The notes: a model not told the origin generated them from the sequence alone. A DNA stretch of 15,764 nucleotides from Promethearchaeota archaeon (GCA_016839585.1 JAEOTZ010000011.1:1-15764); one strand, 5' to 3'; numbered from the stretch's first letter, positions 1-9,349 are shown. Made by a program: numbers and translations.

Positions 1-2
1 AT

Positions 3-1016
3 ATAGCAAATATATACAAAAAAAGAGGGACTCCCAAATTATACATTACTGAGGAATTGCTTGACTTTTATTTAAGAAGCCTTTTTTTCTTTTGGATAAT
101 AGTGATTTCTATTAATATCATTGTTTCAGTTTTCCAGTTCTTTTTTGAACCTTGGTGGAATGTTCTAGGAACTATGTTTACTGGTATATGGATCAGTTGC
201 CTAATTACTGCTGTTGTTATAACATGTGTTTTTGTTTACTTTTCAATGGAAGGATTTTTACCCGAAGATTTTGGTGTATTCCCTAAAAGATTAGCTTTAA
301 TGTTTCCAATCCATTTTACAAAAAGGGATTTAGAAGAAACAAGACAATATACAAAATTTAAACTTGAAGAAGCAAAACAACGTGCCAAGGAAAGAATAAT
401 TAAAGCAAGAAGTCTTCCAGTCGAAGTTAAGGCTATTAGCGAGGAAAGATTAGCAATAGCAAAAATTCACAGAGAACAAAAGTTAGAAGAAGTAAAAATA
501 CGTAGAGAAGAAAGATTAGCAGCAGCTAAAGTTAAACGAGAATTAAGGAAACTTCAACCTATATCTATAGGTGAATTAATATTTGGTGCTGCTGGAGGTA
601 TTATTTTTGGATTATTCCTTATTCTTCAACCTTTTGCTGAATTTACAGAATTATTTGAAGAACCTTTTTTAGATTGGCTTATCATATTTGGATTGCTAAT
701 CTTCATTAGTGGATTATTTAATCTTGTTCGATTAATTGCTGGAGTAAGAAATTATACTACACAACAAGTTCTTATATTCTTTGAAGCACTCTTTAGCATA
801 GCATATATTCCTCTATTTATATATTTACTGAATAATCCTGAGATTTTCCCTATTTCTTTATTTTCTGGTGGAAATATTGATGTAATACCTTCTGATCCAG
901 AATCTATTGCATATATTATTTATTTCTGGGTAAATATAGGCATAATTATAGCCATCGTAGGTGGATTTGCCGGAAATATTTACAAAATCTATAAAATTCA
1001 AAATGTAAAATCTTAA
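3..1016 (+). CDS. 5'-truncated multi-pass membrane protein, possibly HAAS-signalling-domain type, with an internal charged coiled-coil insert
   Basis: The frame is open from position 3 (IANIYKKRGTPKLYITEELLDFY...), so the TTG at 57 is probably internal. It has about 6 hydrophobic segments. The 'IA..Y....P..YI.EEL..FY' stretch resembles the junction that follows HAAS-type N-terminal domains (recalled similarity, not searched). Stop is TAA at 1014-1016. Confidence 0.6.
   Translation: MANIYKKRGTPKLYITEELLDFYLRSLFFFWIIVISINIIVSVFQFFFEPWWNVLGTMFTGIWISCLITAVVITCVFVYFSMEGFLPEDFGVFPKRLALMFPIHFTKRDLEETRQYTKFKLEEAKQRAKERIIKARSLPVEVKAISEERLAIAKIHREQKLEEVKIRREERLAAAKVKRELRKLQPISIGELIFGAAGGIIFGLFLILQPFAEFTELFEEPFLDWLIIFGLLIFISGLFNLVRLIAGVRNYTTQQVLIFFEALFSIAYIPLFIYLLNNPEIFPISLFSGGNIDVIPSDPESIAYIIYFWVNIGIIIAIVGGFAGNIYKIYKIQNVKS
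441..539 (+). repeat. Three imperfect in-frame 33-bp (11-aa) tandem repeats
   Basis: EERLAIAKIHR / EQKLEEVKIRR / EERLAAAKVKR. Units 1 and 3 share ga(g/a)gaaagattagca at the DNA level. Confidence 0.7.
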
Positions 1017-1029
1017 TTTTTCTTTTTTT
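1017..1029 (+). terminator. Putative archaeal oligo-T terminator
   Basis: TTTTTCTTTTTTT immediately after the stop codon. The AT-rich background lowers specificity. Confidence 0.4.
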
Positions 1030-1139
1030 AATGATTCTGTTTAATATTTTTTTCCATCTTAATTATGCAAAAATGCGTTTTATGAGATCAAAACAATTAA
1101 ATAAATGTAATATAATTATTTATTAAAGAAAAACGGGTT

Positions 1140-1156
1140 AAGCTTAAATATTTAAA
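1140..1156 (+). promoter_or_regulatory. Putative BRE/TATA promoter of the DUF998-like gene
   Basis: AAGCTTAAATATTTAAA about 75 nt upstream of ATG 1227. The same TAAATATTT core lies upstream of three other genes. Confidence 0.35.
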
Positions 1157-1226
1157 CAGTTACTTGAGTTCGAATAACTTTAATATTTATGAAATGTTTA
1201 TAAAATTATAGTAATGGTAATTTGAA

Positions 1227-2003
1227 ATGAGCGAAAAAAATTCACTGGAATTTATGAATCCAATTCTTATAAAATTAAAAGAAAATAGTATATGGTTTTA
1301 TAATAAATTTACAGAACCAAAAATAGTGAAGATTAGTATATATGTAAGTCTCCTTACATTTTTACCGGGTTTGATATTGGGTTTAATAATTGCTATTAAT
1401 TTTGGTCCACTTAGCTATAATTTATTTTATAATTATATAAGTGATTTGGGTTCAATAAAGTACACTCCAGCTCCTTTTATTTTGGACCTAACCTGTATAT
1501 TAACTTCAATTTTCATTATTCCTTTAATCTTAAATCTAAGCCGATTATATAGTTCACATCAGAATCATACTATAGATAATTCGAAAAGGGAGCATCGTTT
1601 AATTGTATCTAGAAGGATATTTGGCTATATGGGAGTTGGATGTCTTTTTGTTGGAATTTTTGGAATGTTTTTTGTAGGAATTTTTAGTTTAGATCGCTCA
1701 ATTTTTGATTTACATTTTGTTTTTGCGACTCTAACCTTTGGAGGATTTGCTTTTGGAGCATTTTTCACTGGATTAGCGATTGTATTAAAAAGAAGAATAT
1801 TCCCTAAAATAATTGGTTATTTCATGATATTTGGTCCACCTGCAGCTTCTATATTTTTTATTATACCCCCAGAACCATTAACAAGAGCATTTCTTGAATG
1901 GCTAATGATGTTAAGTGGGATCGCATGGTATTATCCTGTTGTATGGATAACTATGCAAAAACTAAATACAATTCTGTTTTTTGATCCTAACTTTAAATGG
2001 TAA
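1227..2003 (+). CDS. DUF998-family integral membrane protein
   Basis: About 6 TM helices. YISDLG motif after TM1, then GIFSLD followed by a conserved His (LHFVFA), and a late Glu (FLEW). These match DUF998/Frag1-like proteins. Confidence 0.75.
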   Translation: MSEKNSLEFMNPILIKLKENSIWFYNKFTEPKIVKISIYVSLLTFLPGLILGLIIAINFGPLSYNLFYNYISDLGSIKYTPAPFILDLTCILTSIFIIPLILNLSRLYSSHQNHTIDNSKREHRLIVSRRIFGYMGVGCLFVGIFGMFFVGIFSLDRSIFDLHFVFATLTFGGFAFGAFFTGLAIVLKRRIFPKIIGYFMIFGPPAASIFFIIPPEPLTRAFLEWLMMLSGIAWYYPVVWITMQKLNTILFFDPNFKW

Positions 2004-2115
2004 TAATCTCTAATTTTTTTCTTTCTTATTTGTTTGATAAATATTATTAGGTTGTAATCATAATTTTTATTTTATTAGAGAATAATCTAAATTCTAAAGA
2101 ACTTATTAACTAATA

Positions 2116-2952
2116 ATGGAATTAACTGAAAATCTTAGAGAAAAATTAAATAATCTCATCTCTTTTTTAAAAGAGAAAAAAGTAATTGTTGCTTTTTCAG
2201 GAGGTATAGATAGCTCCCTTTTGGCATTTCTTTCAAAGAAACACGCTAAAGAAACATTACTTATAACAGAACGTTCTATACTTTATCCAGATGAAGAAAT
2301 TGAAGAAGCTATAAAATTTGCTAGAAAATTCGATATTTCTCATAAAATAATTCAAGGTAATCCTTTAAATAATGAAAAATTTACACAAAATCCTCAAAAT
2401 CGGTGTTTTATCTGTAAGAAAGATATATTTTCAAAATTTTTAATAATTAAGGATGAGAAAGACTATGATATTATTATCGATGGATCAAATTATGATGATT
2501 TAAACGATTATCGTCCAGGTTTACAGGCTTTAAATGAATTAAACATTATATCACCTTATATTAAATTTCAAATAGATAAACAAGAGATTAGAAAAATAAG
2601 TCAATATTTTAATCTCGGAATAGAATCCAAACCCTCCAATGCATGTTTTGCTTCACGAATTCCTTACAATCAAATAATTACTGAACAAAAATTGAATATG
2701 ATAAATCAAGGAGAAGAATTTCTAAAGAAAGTATTTGATCTAACTCAAGTAAGAGTAAGACTCCATGATAATAAGATAGCTCGAATTGAATTCTTAAAAG
2801 ATGACTTTCCTAAAATATTAACCCAAAGTAATCAAGAAATTATTACAACAAAATTTAAAGAATTGGGTTTTTGTTATATAACAGTTGACATAGAAGGTTT
2901 TCGTTCTGGATCAATGAATGAGGGTTTAACCCTAAATAAGATAAATGAATAA
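2116..2952 (+). CDS. larE: LarE-family ATP-dependent sulfur transferase (PP-loop, TIGR00268-like)
   Basis: PP-loop AFSGGIDS, RCFICK, DGSNYDDLNDYRPG, PSNACFASRIPY, QVRVRLH...ARIE and GFRSGSMN. Confidence 0.93.
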   Translation: MELTENLREKLNNLISFLKEKKVIVAFSGGIDSSLLAFLSKKHAKETLLITERSILYPDEEIEEAIKFARKFDISHKIIQGNPLNNEKFTQNPQNRCFICKKDIFSKFLIIKDEKDYDIIIDGSNYDDLNDYRPGLQALNELNIISPYIKFQIDKQEIRKISQYFNLGIESKPSNACFASRIPYNQIITEQKLNMINQGEEFLKKVFDLTQVRVRLHDNKIARIEFLKDDFPKILTQSNQEIITTKFKELGFCYITVDIEGFRSGSMNEGLTLNKINE

Positions 2953-3004
2953 CTTGGCTCAATAGATGATTCTATAATTTTTTGATATTTTTAGGTAAAA
3001 TTAC

Positions 3005-4402
3005 TTAGTTCTTTTGATTTTTTATAAATTTAAATATTTTCTCCCTCTTTTTTAACGCTTCTAATGCTGACTTTCCTACTCTATTTTCCATACCTTTTAT
3101 TGTTGATGGTGTTTCTTCACCAATTTCCTGTTTTATTTTAGTATACGCAGATTCTCGAAATCTAGGTAGTAAATCTTTCTCCTCCTTATCTTTGTATATC
3201 ATTGAAACTTGTTTCGAATCGTCAACAAATCCAATTTCTGCACATTTAATATTATGTTTAGCAAGGTCTGAAATTATTCTTCCTGATATCCTTTCTGAGC
3301 AATAAATAAGAAGCGCATCTAATGAAACTCCAAGATAATCAACATCAGTCTTTTTTAATAATTCAAAAACATTTAAGTTAACTAATTTTTGAACTTTATC
3401 TTCAAATATAGTTACTCCACATTTTGCTTCATAATTTATTTCATATAGATCTCCTCTAAGACCACCATTAGTAACATCACACATTGCTCGAATATCCTCT
3501 ATATAATCTGAATTTAGGATTATCTCGCATGCTTCAAGAAATTTTAAGTTCATAGTCTCTAATACTACATCGTGATTTCCTGAATAAATTGCCGTGGTTG
3601 TAATTGTTCCTCCCCCAGATCCTTCAGTCATTAATATTTTATCACCAATTTTAATATTTCTTCTTGCTAATAACTTTCTCTTAGCAAGACCAACAGCTGC
3701 AACTCCCCCAACTAATCGATCCCCAATGACCATATCTCCTCCAATTCTTAACGTTGATCCAGCTGTTATCGGGACTTTTGTTAGTTCTGAAACTACAGAA
3801 ATACCTGCCATAAAATCAAATAATTTTCCAACATCAGCATCATCACCTAGATGAACATCAATCATTATTGAAATAGGCTTTGCTCCTTTAACATACAAAT
3901 CTCTTAAAGCTGCCCTTGTTACATGAAAGCCACATATGAATGGGTAATCACTGAGGCGAGAATGAATTCCTTCCATTTTAGAGACAATAATTAAATCTTT
4001 TGTACTAAATAATTCTCTTTTAAATCCCTTTATATCTTGTAATCGAACAGCTCCCGCATCATCGAGAGAAGTTGGAGATAAAAATGCTTTATGTTCTGTT
4101 TCTGAAAAATTAGCCACAAGTTTATGAACAAAAAAATCCCCAGCACCTCTACATCCTACTCCTTGCTTTCCTACAGAGACATTTGACTTATTAACTTCTA
4201 ATAATTCTTTTATAAAAGGATCTGAGATACAATCAATATTGCTGTTTCTACATTCTTCCAAAATAGCATTTGCAAGTTTAAAAGCTAAATTCTCATCAAT
4301 ATCTTTAAAATCCAAATATTCCTGAACTAATCTTTCAAGGATTTGACTGTCAGAATATCTTTTTTTTATTAATCTCCTTGTTAGACTTTCTAAATCACTC
4401 AA
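3005..4402 (-). CDS. Archaeal AIR-synthase/PurM-superfamily ATPase (HypE/SelD/ThiL-like; MJ0640-like family), function unknown
   Basis: GVGCRGAGDFFVH, DDAG, EGIHSRLS..P...GFHVTRAALRD..VKGA.P, GD.ILMTEGSGGG and DVTNGGLRGD..E motifs. TTG start with a GAGAGGT RBS 7 nt upstream. Confidence 0.85.
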   Translation of the reverse strand: MSDLESLTRRLIKKRYSDSQILERLVQEYLDFKDIDENLAFKLANAILEECRNSNIDCISDPFIKELLEVNKSNVSVGKQGVGCRGAGDFFVHKLVANFSETEHKAFLSPTSLDDAGAVRLQDIKGFKRELFSTKDLIIVSKMEGIHSRLSDYPFICGFHVTRAALRDLYVKGAKPISIMIDVHLGDDADVGKLFDFMAGISVVSELTKVPITAGSTLRIGGDMVIGDRLVGGVAAVGLAKRKLLARRNIKIGDKILMTEGSGGGTITTTAIYSGNHDVVLETMNLKFLEACEIILNSDYIEDIRAMCDVTNGGLRGDLYEINYEAKCGVTIFEDKVQKLVNLNVFELLKKTDVDYLGVSLDALLIYCSERISGRIISDLAKHNIKCAEIGFVDDSKQVSMIYKDKEEKDLLPRFRESAYTKIKQEIGEETPSTIKGMENRVGKSALEALKKREKIFKFIKNQKN

Positions 4403-4652
4403 ATATAAAACCTCTCATAAAATAATTGATTTAATCCAAAAAATAATGATACATCTATCAAAATATAAAGAATTAGTTTATAGAAAAATTCTTTGGAATT
4501 TTATGAAAAGATAATAATAATTTATCAAGCATACTAAAAGAATAATTTTTAAGAATACTCTAAATCCTCTCGTTCTCCCATTATAGTATATAACACATTT
4601 ATATTGTTTTAAGAATTCATAATCATAGTTCATCATTCCTAAAAAAAAAATT

Positions 4653-5660
4653 ATGACTTCTATAAGAATCACGACTCCTTGTCGTATCCACCTTTCTTTA
4701 ATTGATGAGAATGGATATACTGGTAGGGTGGATGGAGGGATCGGACTTATGCTTGACCGTCCTAATGTAGTTCTTGAAGTATCTAATAGTGCTGATGAAT
4801 TCAAAATTGAATGTCATAAGTATTATAGAGAATCTGTTCATGTTATTAATGAGAAAGCCTCTCGAATTTTCAAGGAATTTAATATTAGTAATAAAAATTA
4901 TCATTTCAAACTTAAAAGATATTATCCTAGTCATGTAGGTTTAGGTTCAAAAACTCAATTAAGCCTTGCTATTGCCTTTGCAATAACAAGATTAAAGGAT
5001 ATAAATGTATCATTACAAAAATTAACAAAATTAGTAGAGAGAGGGGGTACTTCTGGGATTGGGTGGAGTGGTTTCGAAACAGGTGGTTTCATTCTTGATG
5101 GAGGTCATGATTTTGGCAAAGGAAAAGAAAAGGAAACATTTTTACCTTCTTCAGCATCAACATCAGCAAATCCAGCCTTAACAATCTCAAGATACGAAAT
5201 TCCTGAGAATTGGAGATTTGTTCTTGTAATTCCAAACGTAAAAAAGGGAGCATACGGAGATGAGGAAGTTTCAATTTTTCAAAATCATGCCCCAGTCCCG
5301 AGAATTGAGGTAAATGAAGTATCTCATCATATAATTATGAAAATAATTCCTGGAATTCTCAAAAATGATTTAAAATGTTTTGGTGAAGGATTAAAAAGAA
5401 TTCAGTCTATTGGCTTTAAAAAAATTGAAATTAGTTTACAACATGATATAGTAAAAGATCTACTAAAATTTTTTGATGAATATGGGTTAAAAGCTTATGG
5501 AATGTCATCATTTGGACCTAGTGTAATGGGCATTGTAGAAACAGATAACGAAGCAGAAGAATTATTGAAAGTGATTCAAAAAACTCAAAGATATAGGGGA
5601 GGCCATATCTACATATGTAAACCCAATAACTATGGAGCTAAATTTGAATATATAGAATGA
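4653..5660 (+). CDS. mptG: Beta-ribofuranosylaminobenzene 5'-phosphate (RFAP) synthase, GHMP family
   Basis: TPCRIHLSLID.NG..GRVDGGIG, HVGLGSKTQ, RGGTSGIG..GFETGGFILDGGH, FLPSSAS, GFKKIE and GMSSFGP motifs. Confidence 0.93.
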   Translation: MTSIRITTPCRIHLSLIDENGYTGRVDGGIGLMLDRPNVVLEVSNSADEFKIECHKYYRESVHVINEKASRIFKEFNISNKNYHFKLKRYYPSHVGLGSKTQLSLAIAFAITRLKDINVSLQKLTKLVERGGTSGIGWSGFETGGFILDGGHDFGKGKEKETFLPSSASTSANPALTISRYEIPENWRFVLVIPNVKKGAYGDEEVSIFQNHAPVPRIEVNEVSHHIIMKIIPGILKNDLKCFGEGLKRIQSIGFKKIEISLQHDIVKDLLKFFDEYGLKAYGMSSFGPSVMGIVETDNEAEELLKVIQKTQRYRGGHIYICKPNNYGAKFEYIE

Positions 5661-5666
5661 TTAAAA

Positions 5667-6062
5667 ATGACAAAAAATAATGAAAAAATCTACTTTTCAC
5701 CAGATCTCAGTATTAGAGAAAGAGCGTGTTTTGAATCTGGTATAAAGCTGGGTGCTCTTTATCATATTCTTTGTGGAATTCCTATTCATTCTGATGAAAA
5801 TATTATTCAATCTATTGAGAAAGGAATAGAAGCGGCTATTTCATGCCAACCATTTGTAAAATCAGTAAAAATAAATTTAGATCGAGGAAAAATTATTGGA
5901 GAAAAATCTACAGAATTCGATTATGACGAGATTTCAGGTAAAATTATCAGAGCAGAATTAATTATTCAATTTGAGTCAATAGAAATAGTTGCTAAGATTG
6001 ATTGGGTTGAAAATATGCAATATCCACTCATGTTTATAGAAAAAATCTATAAAGTAGATTAA
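5667..6062 (+). CDS. mptD: Archaeal dihydroneopterin aldolase (MptD, COG2098 family)
   Basis: RERACFESGIKLGALYH...G.P, IE.AI..QPFV and C-terminal YPLM motifs. Lies 6 nt downstream of RFAP synthase. Confidence 0.9.
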   Translation: MTKNNEKIYFSPDLSIRERACFESGIKLGALYHILCGIPIHSDENIIQSIEKGIEAAISCQPFVKSVKINLDRGKIIGEKSTEFDYDEISGKIIRAELIIQFESIEIVAKIDWVENMQYPLMFIEKIYKVD

Positions 6063-6790
6063 TCCATTAAAATATTGATAAAATTACTAGCAACTTTTAT
6101 TGCTTTAATAGCTCTTTCATTTTTTCCAAATCTTTCCACATTTTCCATATGATTGACAATTGTCTCATGAATTTTATAAAATAACGGTTTATCATTTTTT
6201 TCTTTGGCAACTTTCAATCGTGTAGCAAGTAAGATAATTTCTAAAGCTAAATTTTCTGCTCTATTAAACACTTTAAAAGATTCTTTATATTTATTTATAG
6301 ACATTATATCTAATATAAATTCAGAGAGTTTGACTTCTCCTAAACTATTTTTTTTAATTATTTGTTGTTCCTCTATTGCTTTACAAAAGATAACCGCCCA
6401 AGCTTTATTTATAAAAGGCATTGAAATATTTTTTAAATTTAAATCATCAATTTGATTTAATTCTTCAGTAATTTCATAATAACTATAATATTTAGAGGGA
6501 AATTCTATAAAGAATAAATTAGGTTTCAACTTTTTTAAAGCGGCTAGTGCATATAAATAAATGTCATCTATAAAATTAATCGAAATATATCCATTTGCTT
6601 TTAAATTTTTACTTGTTGTAGTATCTGGATAAGGAGTGATTTTAATTGTTGTGTCATTAATTAATCTAATACCCATACAAGCAGTATTAGGAATAATTTT
6701 ATTTTTTGATTTGCCAATAGAAAAAGTAGTAGCTAATATTTCATATAAATAATTTAAGTTTAACCCCAATTCTCTATAATTTAGACTCAT
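6059..6790 (-). CDS. DUF447-family protein (FMN-binding split-barrel plus helical C-terminal domain)
   Basis: YEILATT, PNTACMG, YPDTTT.KNL and FNRA...LE..L.ATR motifs. ATG 6790 is preferred over TTG 6799, because that TTG lies inside the RBS-like CGGTTG. The stop overlaps the mptD stop (shared TTAA 6059-6062). Confidence 0.8.
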   Translation of the reverse strand: MSLNYRELGLNLNYLYEILATTFSIGKSKNKIIPNTACMGIRLINDTTIKITPYPDTTTSKNLKANGYISINFIDDIYLYALAALKKLKPNLFFIEFPSKYYSYYEITEELNQIDDLNLKNISMPFINKAWAVIFCKAIEEQQIIKKNSLGEVKLSEFILDIMSINKYKESFKVFNRAENLALEIILLATRLKVAKEKNDKPLFYKIHETIVNHMENVERFGKNERAIKAIKVASNFINILMD

Positions 6791-6838
6791 TAATAACAAC
6801 CGTTTCTAGCTTATCAACTTACAATATAAAAATTGTTC

Positions 6839-6858
6839 AAAATTTTAAATATTTTAAC
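6839..6858 (+). promoter_or_regulatory. Putative TATA-like promoter in the divergent DUF447/orphan intergenic region
   Basis: AAAATTTTAAATATTTTAAC, about 85 nt upstream of ATG 6940. Confidence 0.3.
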
Positions 6859-6939
6859 AAAAAAGATTTTTCAGTAAAATTTTTTAATTTTAAATAAATT
6901 GATTTCATTATTCATTACTAAAGATAAGAGATCTATATT

Positions 6940-8367
6940 ATGGTCAGCAGAGTATTCAATAATAATATGCTTTTTGTAATTCCTAGTTGGGGGGATCTAT
7001 TAGGTTATCCTACTCTTGGTAAGTACGTAAATCACTATGTTTCAAAAATTGATTCAGACTTAGTTATATTCTTTGCAGGAATTGAATGTTCAATTCCAAT
7101 TAAAATTAAATTAGGAGATGTATCTGAGAAAAGATGGCTACATTATCTTTTTGGCTTAGGATATTACTATTCTAAATTTGAACTCAAATCTGGAAGATAT
7201 ATTACGGATGGTAGACAATTAACAGGATTAATTTTATCAGATTTTGTTTATGATCACTTGGCTTCACTAACAAATATTACGTTGGAAAATGACAGAGATG
7301 TTATTATCGGTGATAGATTAATCAAAGTTCCAATTGATTTATCATACAAATCGAATACTGAAAAATCTTTCATTCAAGGAGCGTTGATGAGGAATATTTT
7401 CATTCCATATAAAGATATTTTTTTAGAAGTGATGGAAACAATCCAAAATAAGGAATCTTATCAATTGGAAAACGGTCATATGATTTTAAGTACCCATTGG
7501 GATTTTTATAATACTATCTTAATTTCTTCTAAAATGAATGAAAATTTAAAGAGCAATTATTTATATCCAACAGCAGGTTTAAATAACATATCTCTTGGGG
7601 TTGATCAACATTTAAATGATATATTTTCAGCCTCAGAACTTAAGAAGATTGAAAAAAAAATATCCTCTTTACGAGATAATTTCTCAACTTTAGCCTATGA
7701 CCCTATGTATCTCTTTTCAATATTAGATAATGCATCAAGAGTCCTTATTTCCGAGCCATCCTTCGCTTTTAAAGAAAGAATTATTAAAACGACAAAAACA
7801 ATGTCAAAAGAATCAATTTTCTTTTCAGCTGAAAACCGTATGAATTCATATTTTTACTGGCCACCACAATTTAAAAGAAATACAAGAGAAGAACTGGAAA
7901 TGTCAGCTATTTTTAAAGAGTTAGAAACTCATCCTCCTGTAACACCAGCTATTAAACCTTCTGAAAGAAGTGCATCCGATATTAGCCAACTTGATACACA
8001 GAAAGGGCCTCTAGGAAAAAGATTTGAAATTAGGACTATGAAACATGAACCAGTTGAAGAGAAACTACTTCCGTATCCTCCTGAAGGTAATATTGAACAA
8101 ATACTACTTTATTTAAAAGATATTGTTAAAGGAAATTATGAAATGCGTTTAATTGGAAAAGCATTTGAACTTGCCAGAAATAATCTCCAGAGAATTATTC
8201 TTCAATCTAAATTTATGTGGGAAATGGGTAAATATGCTAATTTATACCAACGTAAAGACCCTCATCTTGGATTAAGCAAAAGAGAAATAGAAGAATTATT
8301 AGAGAAGATTGATAACTGGATTGATGATACAAGAAAAAATAGAGAGAAGTATATCCAGAAAAAATAA
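6940..8367 (+). CDS. Hypothetical soluble protein (475 aa): globular N-domain, Pro-rich linker, helical C-domain
   Basis: Long intact ORF with ATG start and upstream AAGAGA. No catalytic motif that I recognise. Confidence 0.8.
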   Translation: MVSRVFNNNMLFVIPSWGDLLGYPTLGKYVNHYVSKIDSDLVIFFAGIECSIPIKIKLGDVSEKRWLHYLFGLGYYYSKFELKSGRYITDGRQLTGLILSDFVYDHLASLTNITLENDRDVIIGDRLIKVPIDLSYKSNTEKSFIQGALMRNIFIPYKDIFLEVMETIQNKESYQLENGHMILSTHWDFYNTILISSKMNENLKSNYLYPTAGLNNISLGVDQHLNDIFSASELKKIEKKISSLRDNFSTLAYDPMYLFSILDNASRVLISEPSFAFKERIIKTTKTMSKESIFFSAENRMNSYFYWPPQFKRNTREELEMSAIFKELETHPPVTPAIKPSERSASDISQLDTQKGPLGKRFEIRTMKHEPVEEKLLPYPPEGNIEQILLYLKDIVKGNYEMRLIGKAFELARNNLQRIILQSKFMWEMGKYANLYQRKDPHLGLSKREIEELLEKIDNWIDDTRKNREKYIQKK

Positions 8368-8405
8368 ACTAAAAGTAATAAGTTAAGTTTTAAAATTTCT
8401 TATAA

Positions 8406-9290
8406 TTATAAATGAAAATCAGTTACTTTTGGAAGAGTTTTAATCTCAGGATAAATCTTTCCTACAACAACAGGGGAACTATTGTAAATTTCTTCAATTT
8501 CTATTACTCCAAATTTGATTCCTCTGAATCTTTTGAAACCAGTAAATGTACCCTTTACTACTTGATTTGCAAAATCAAAATTCATACCAAAAACAGCAAC
8601 TTTAGAATTGACGGGAATCTGATATAAATCTTCCTTTAAAATTGAAGGAGGAAACACTAATCTATTATGATCAGTTGCTTGAAGCTGAATACATGGAATA
8701 ATTATGGGGTACCCATCTGAAGGATCAATATAAACTATTGCCCTAACTGCAATAGCAGCTGTAAATAACTTATAACCTATTACATTTAAACGTTTTTCCT
8801 TCAGTTTTGTTTTTGCTCCTCCTTTACCAATTATATTCTTTAGAATCCCTTTTATAATACCAAATAATGGTAAATTTCTTACAGTAGTAGAAGCAATAAT
8901 GTTATTATAATAAGCTGTATGCACCCTATAATAGGTTAAATATCGGAATAGTTTTGTGTTATTAAAATACTCTAAATCTTCTCCTTCTTTTGATATATTA
9001 ATAAAATCTACCTTTAATTGCAGAAATTTAAATGGCATTTCTGCTGTCATATACAAAATCCCTTGTTTTGGATTTTTTAACACATTTTTTTTACTCGTAC
9101 CCTCTGTAAACGCCGCCCAGACCAATTGTGTCTTATTAATTACTCGATTACTTGCAATAAATGTTACATGTGGCCATCCCCTTTCATCTATCGTTCCTAC
9201 TAATTTTAGCATCATTTCAGGTTGAGTAAATTCAATAGCATCTTTCGAAGCTTCAGGAGACCATTCTGGTATTTTGTTTTTCTTACTCAT
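8406..9290 (-). CDS. Tandem pyridoxamine-5'-phosphate-oxidase-like (split-barrel, putative flavin-binding) protein
   Basis: Two repeats of the PNPOx-like signature: LKLVGTIDERGWPHVTFI...SKKNVLKNPK and RAIVYIDPSDGYPIIIP...NSKVAVF. Each half ends in an 'Y/I...Y.S/N'-type strand. Confidence 0.75.
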   Translation of the reverse strand: MSKKNKIPEWSPEASKDAIEFTQPEMMLKLVGTIDERGWPHVTFIASNRVINKTQLVWAAFTEGTSKKNVLKNPKQGILYMTAEMPFKFLQLKVDFINISKEGEDLEYFNNTKLFRYLTYYRVHTAYYNNIIASTTVRNLPLFGIIKGILKNIIGKGGAKTKLKEKRLNVIGYKLFTAAIAVRAIVYIDPSDGYPIIIPCIQLQATDHNRLVFPPSILKEDLYQIPVNSKVAVFGMNFDFANQVVKGTFTGFKRFRGIKFGVIEIEEIYNSSPVVVGKIYPEIKTLPKVTDFHL

Positions 9291-9349
9291 AGCTATTCAA
9301 CTCTATAATTATAATAATTCTTTAATTTTGTATTAATTTTTTTATTTTT

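Noticed and set aside
57-59. TTG start given by the ORF track for the first gene
   Set aside because: The frame is open back to the window edge with protein-like sequence, so the true start is probably upstream of the window.
3594-3854. 86-aa plus-strand ORF
   Set aside because: Antisense shadow entirely inside the well-supported PurM-like gene, with no motif.
4478-5274. Minus-strand ORFs 4478-4804, 4698-4934 and 5089-5274
   Set aside because: Antisense to RFAP synthase or running into AT-rich intergenic DNA, with no recognisable features.
6204-6455. 83-aa plus-strand ORF
   Set aside because: Antisense shadow of DUF447.
6833-6860. Imperfect inverted repeat TTGTT...AACAA, with a similar one at ~12950-12991
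   Set aside because: Arm spacing differs between the two sites and the arms are short and AT-rich, so they cannot be distinguished from chance.
8412-9225. Plus-strand ORFs 8412-8627 and 8956-9225
   Set aside because: Antisense shadows of the PNPOx-like gene.
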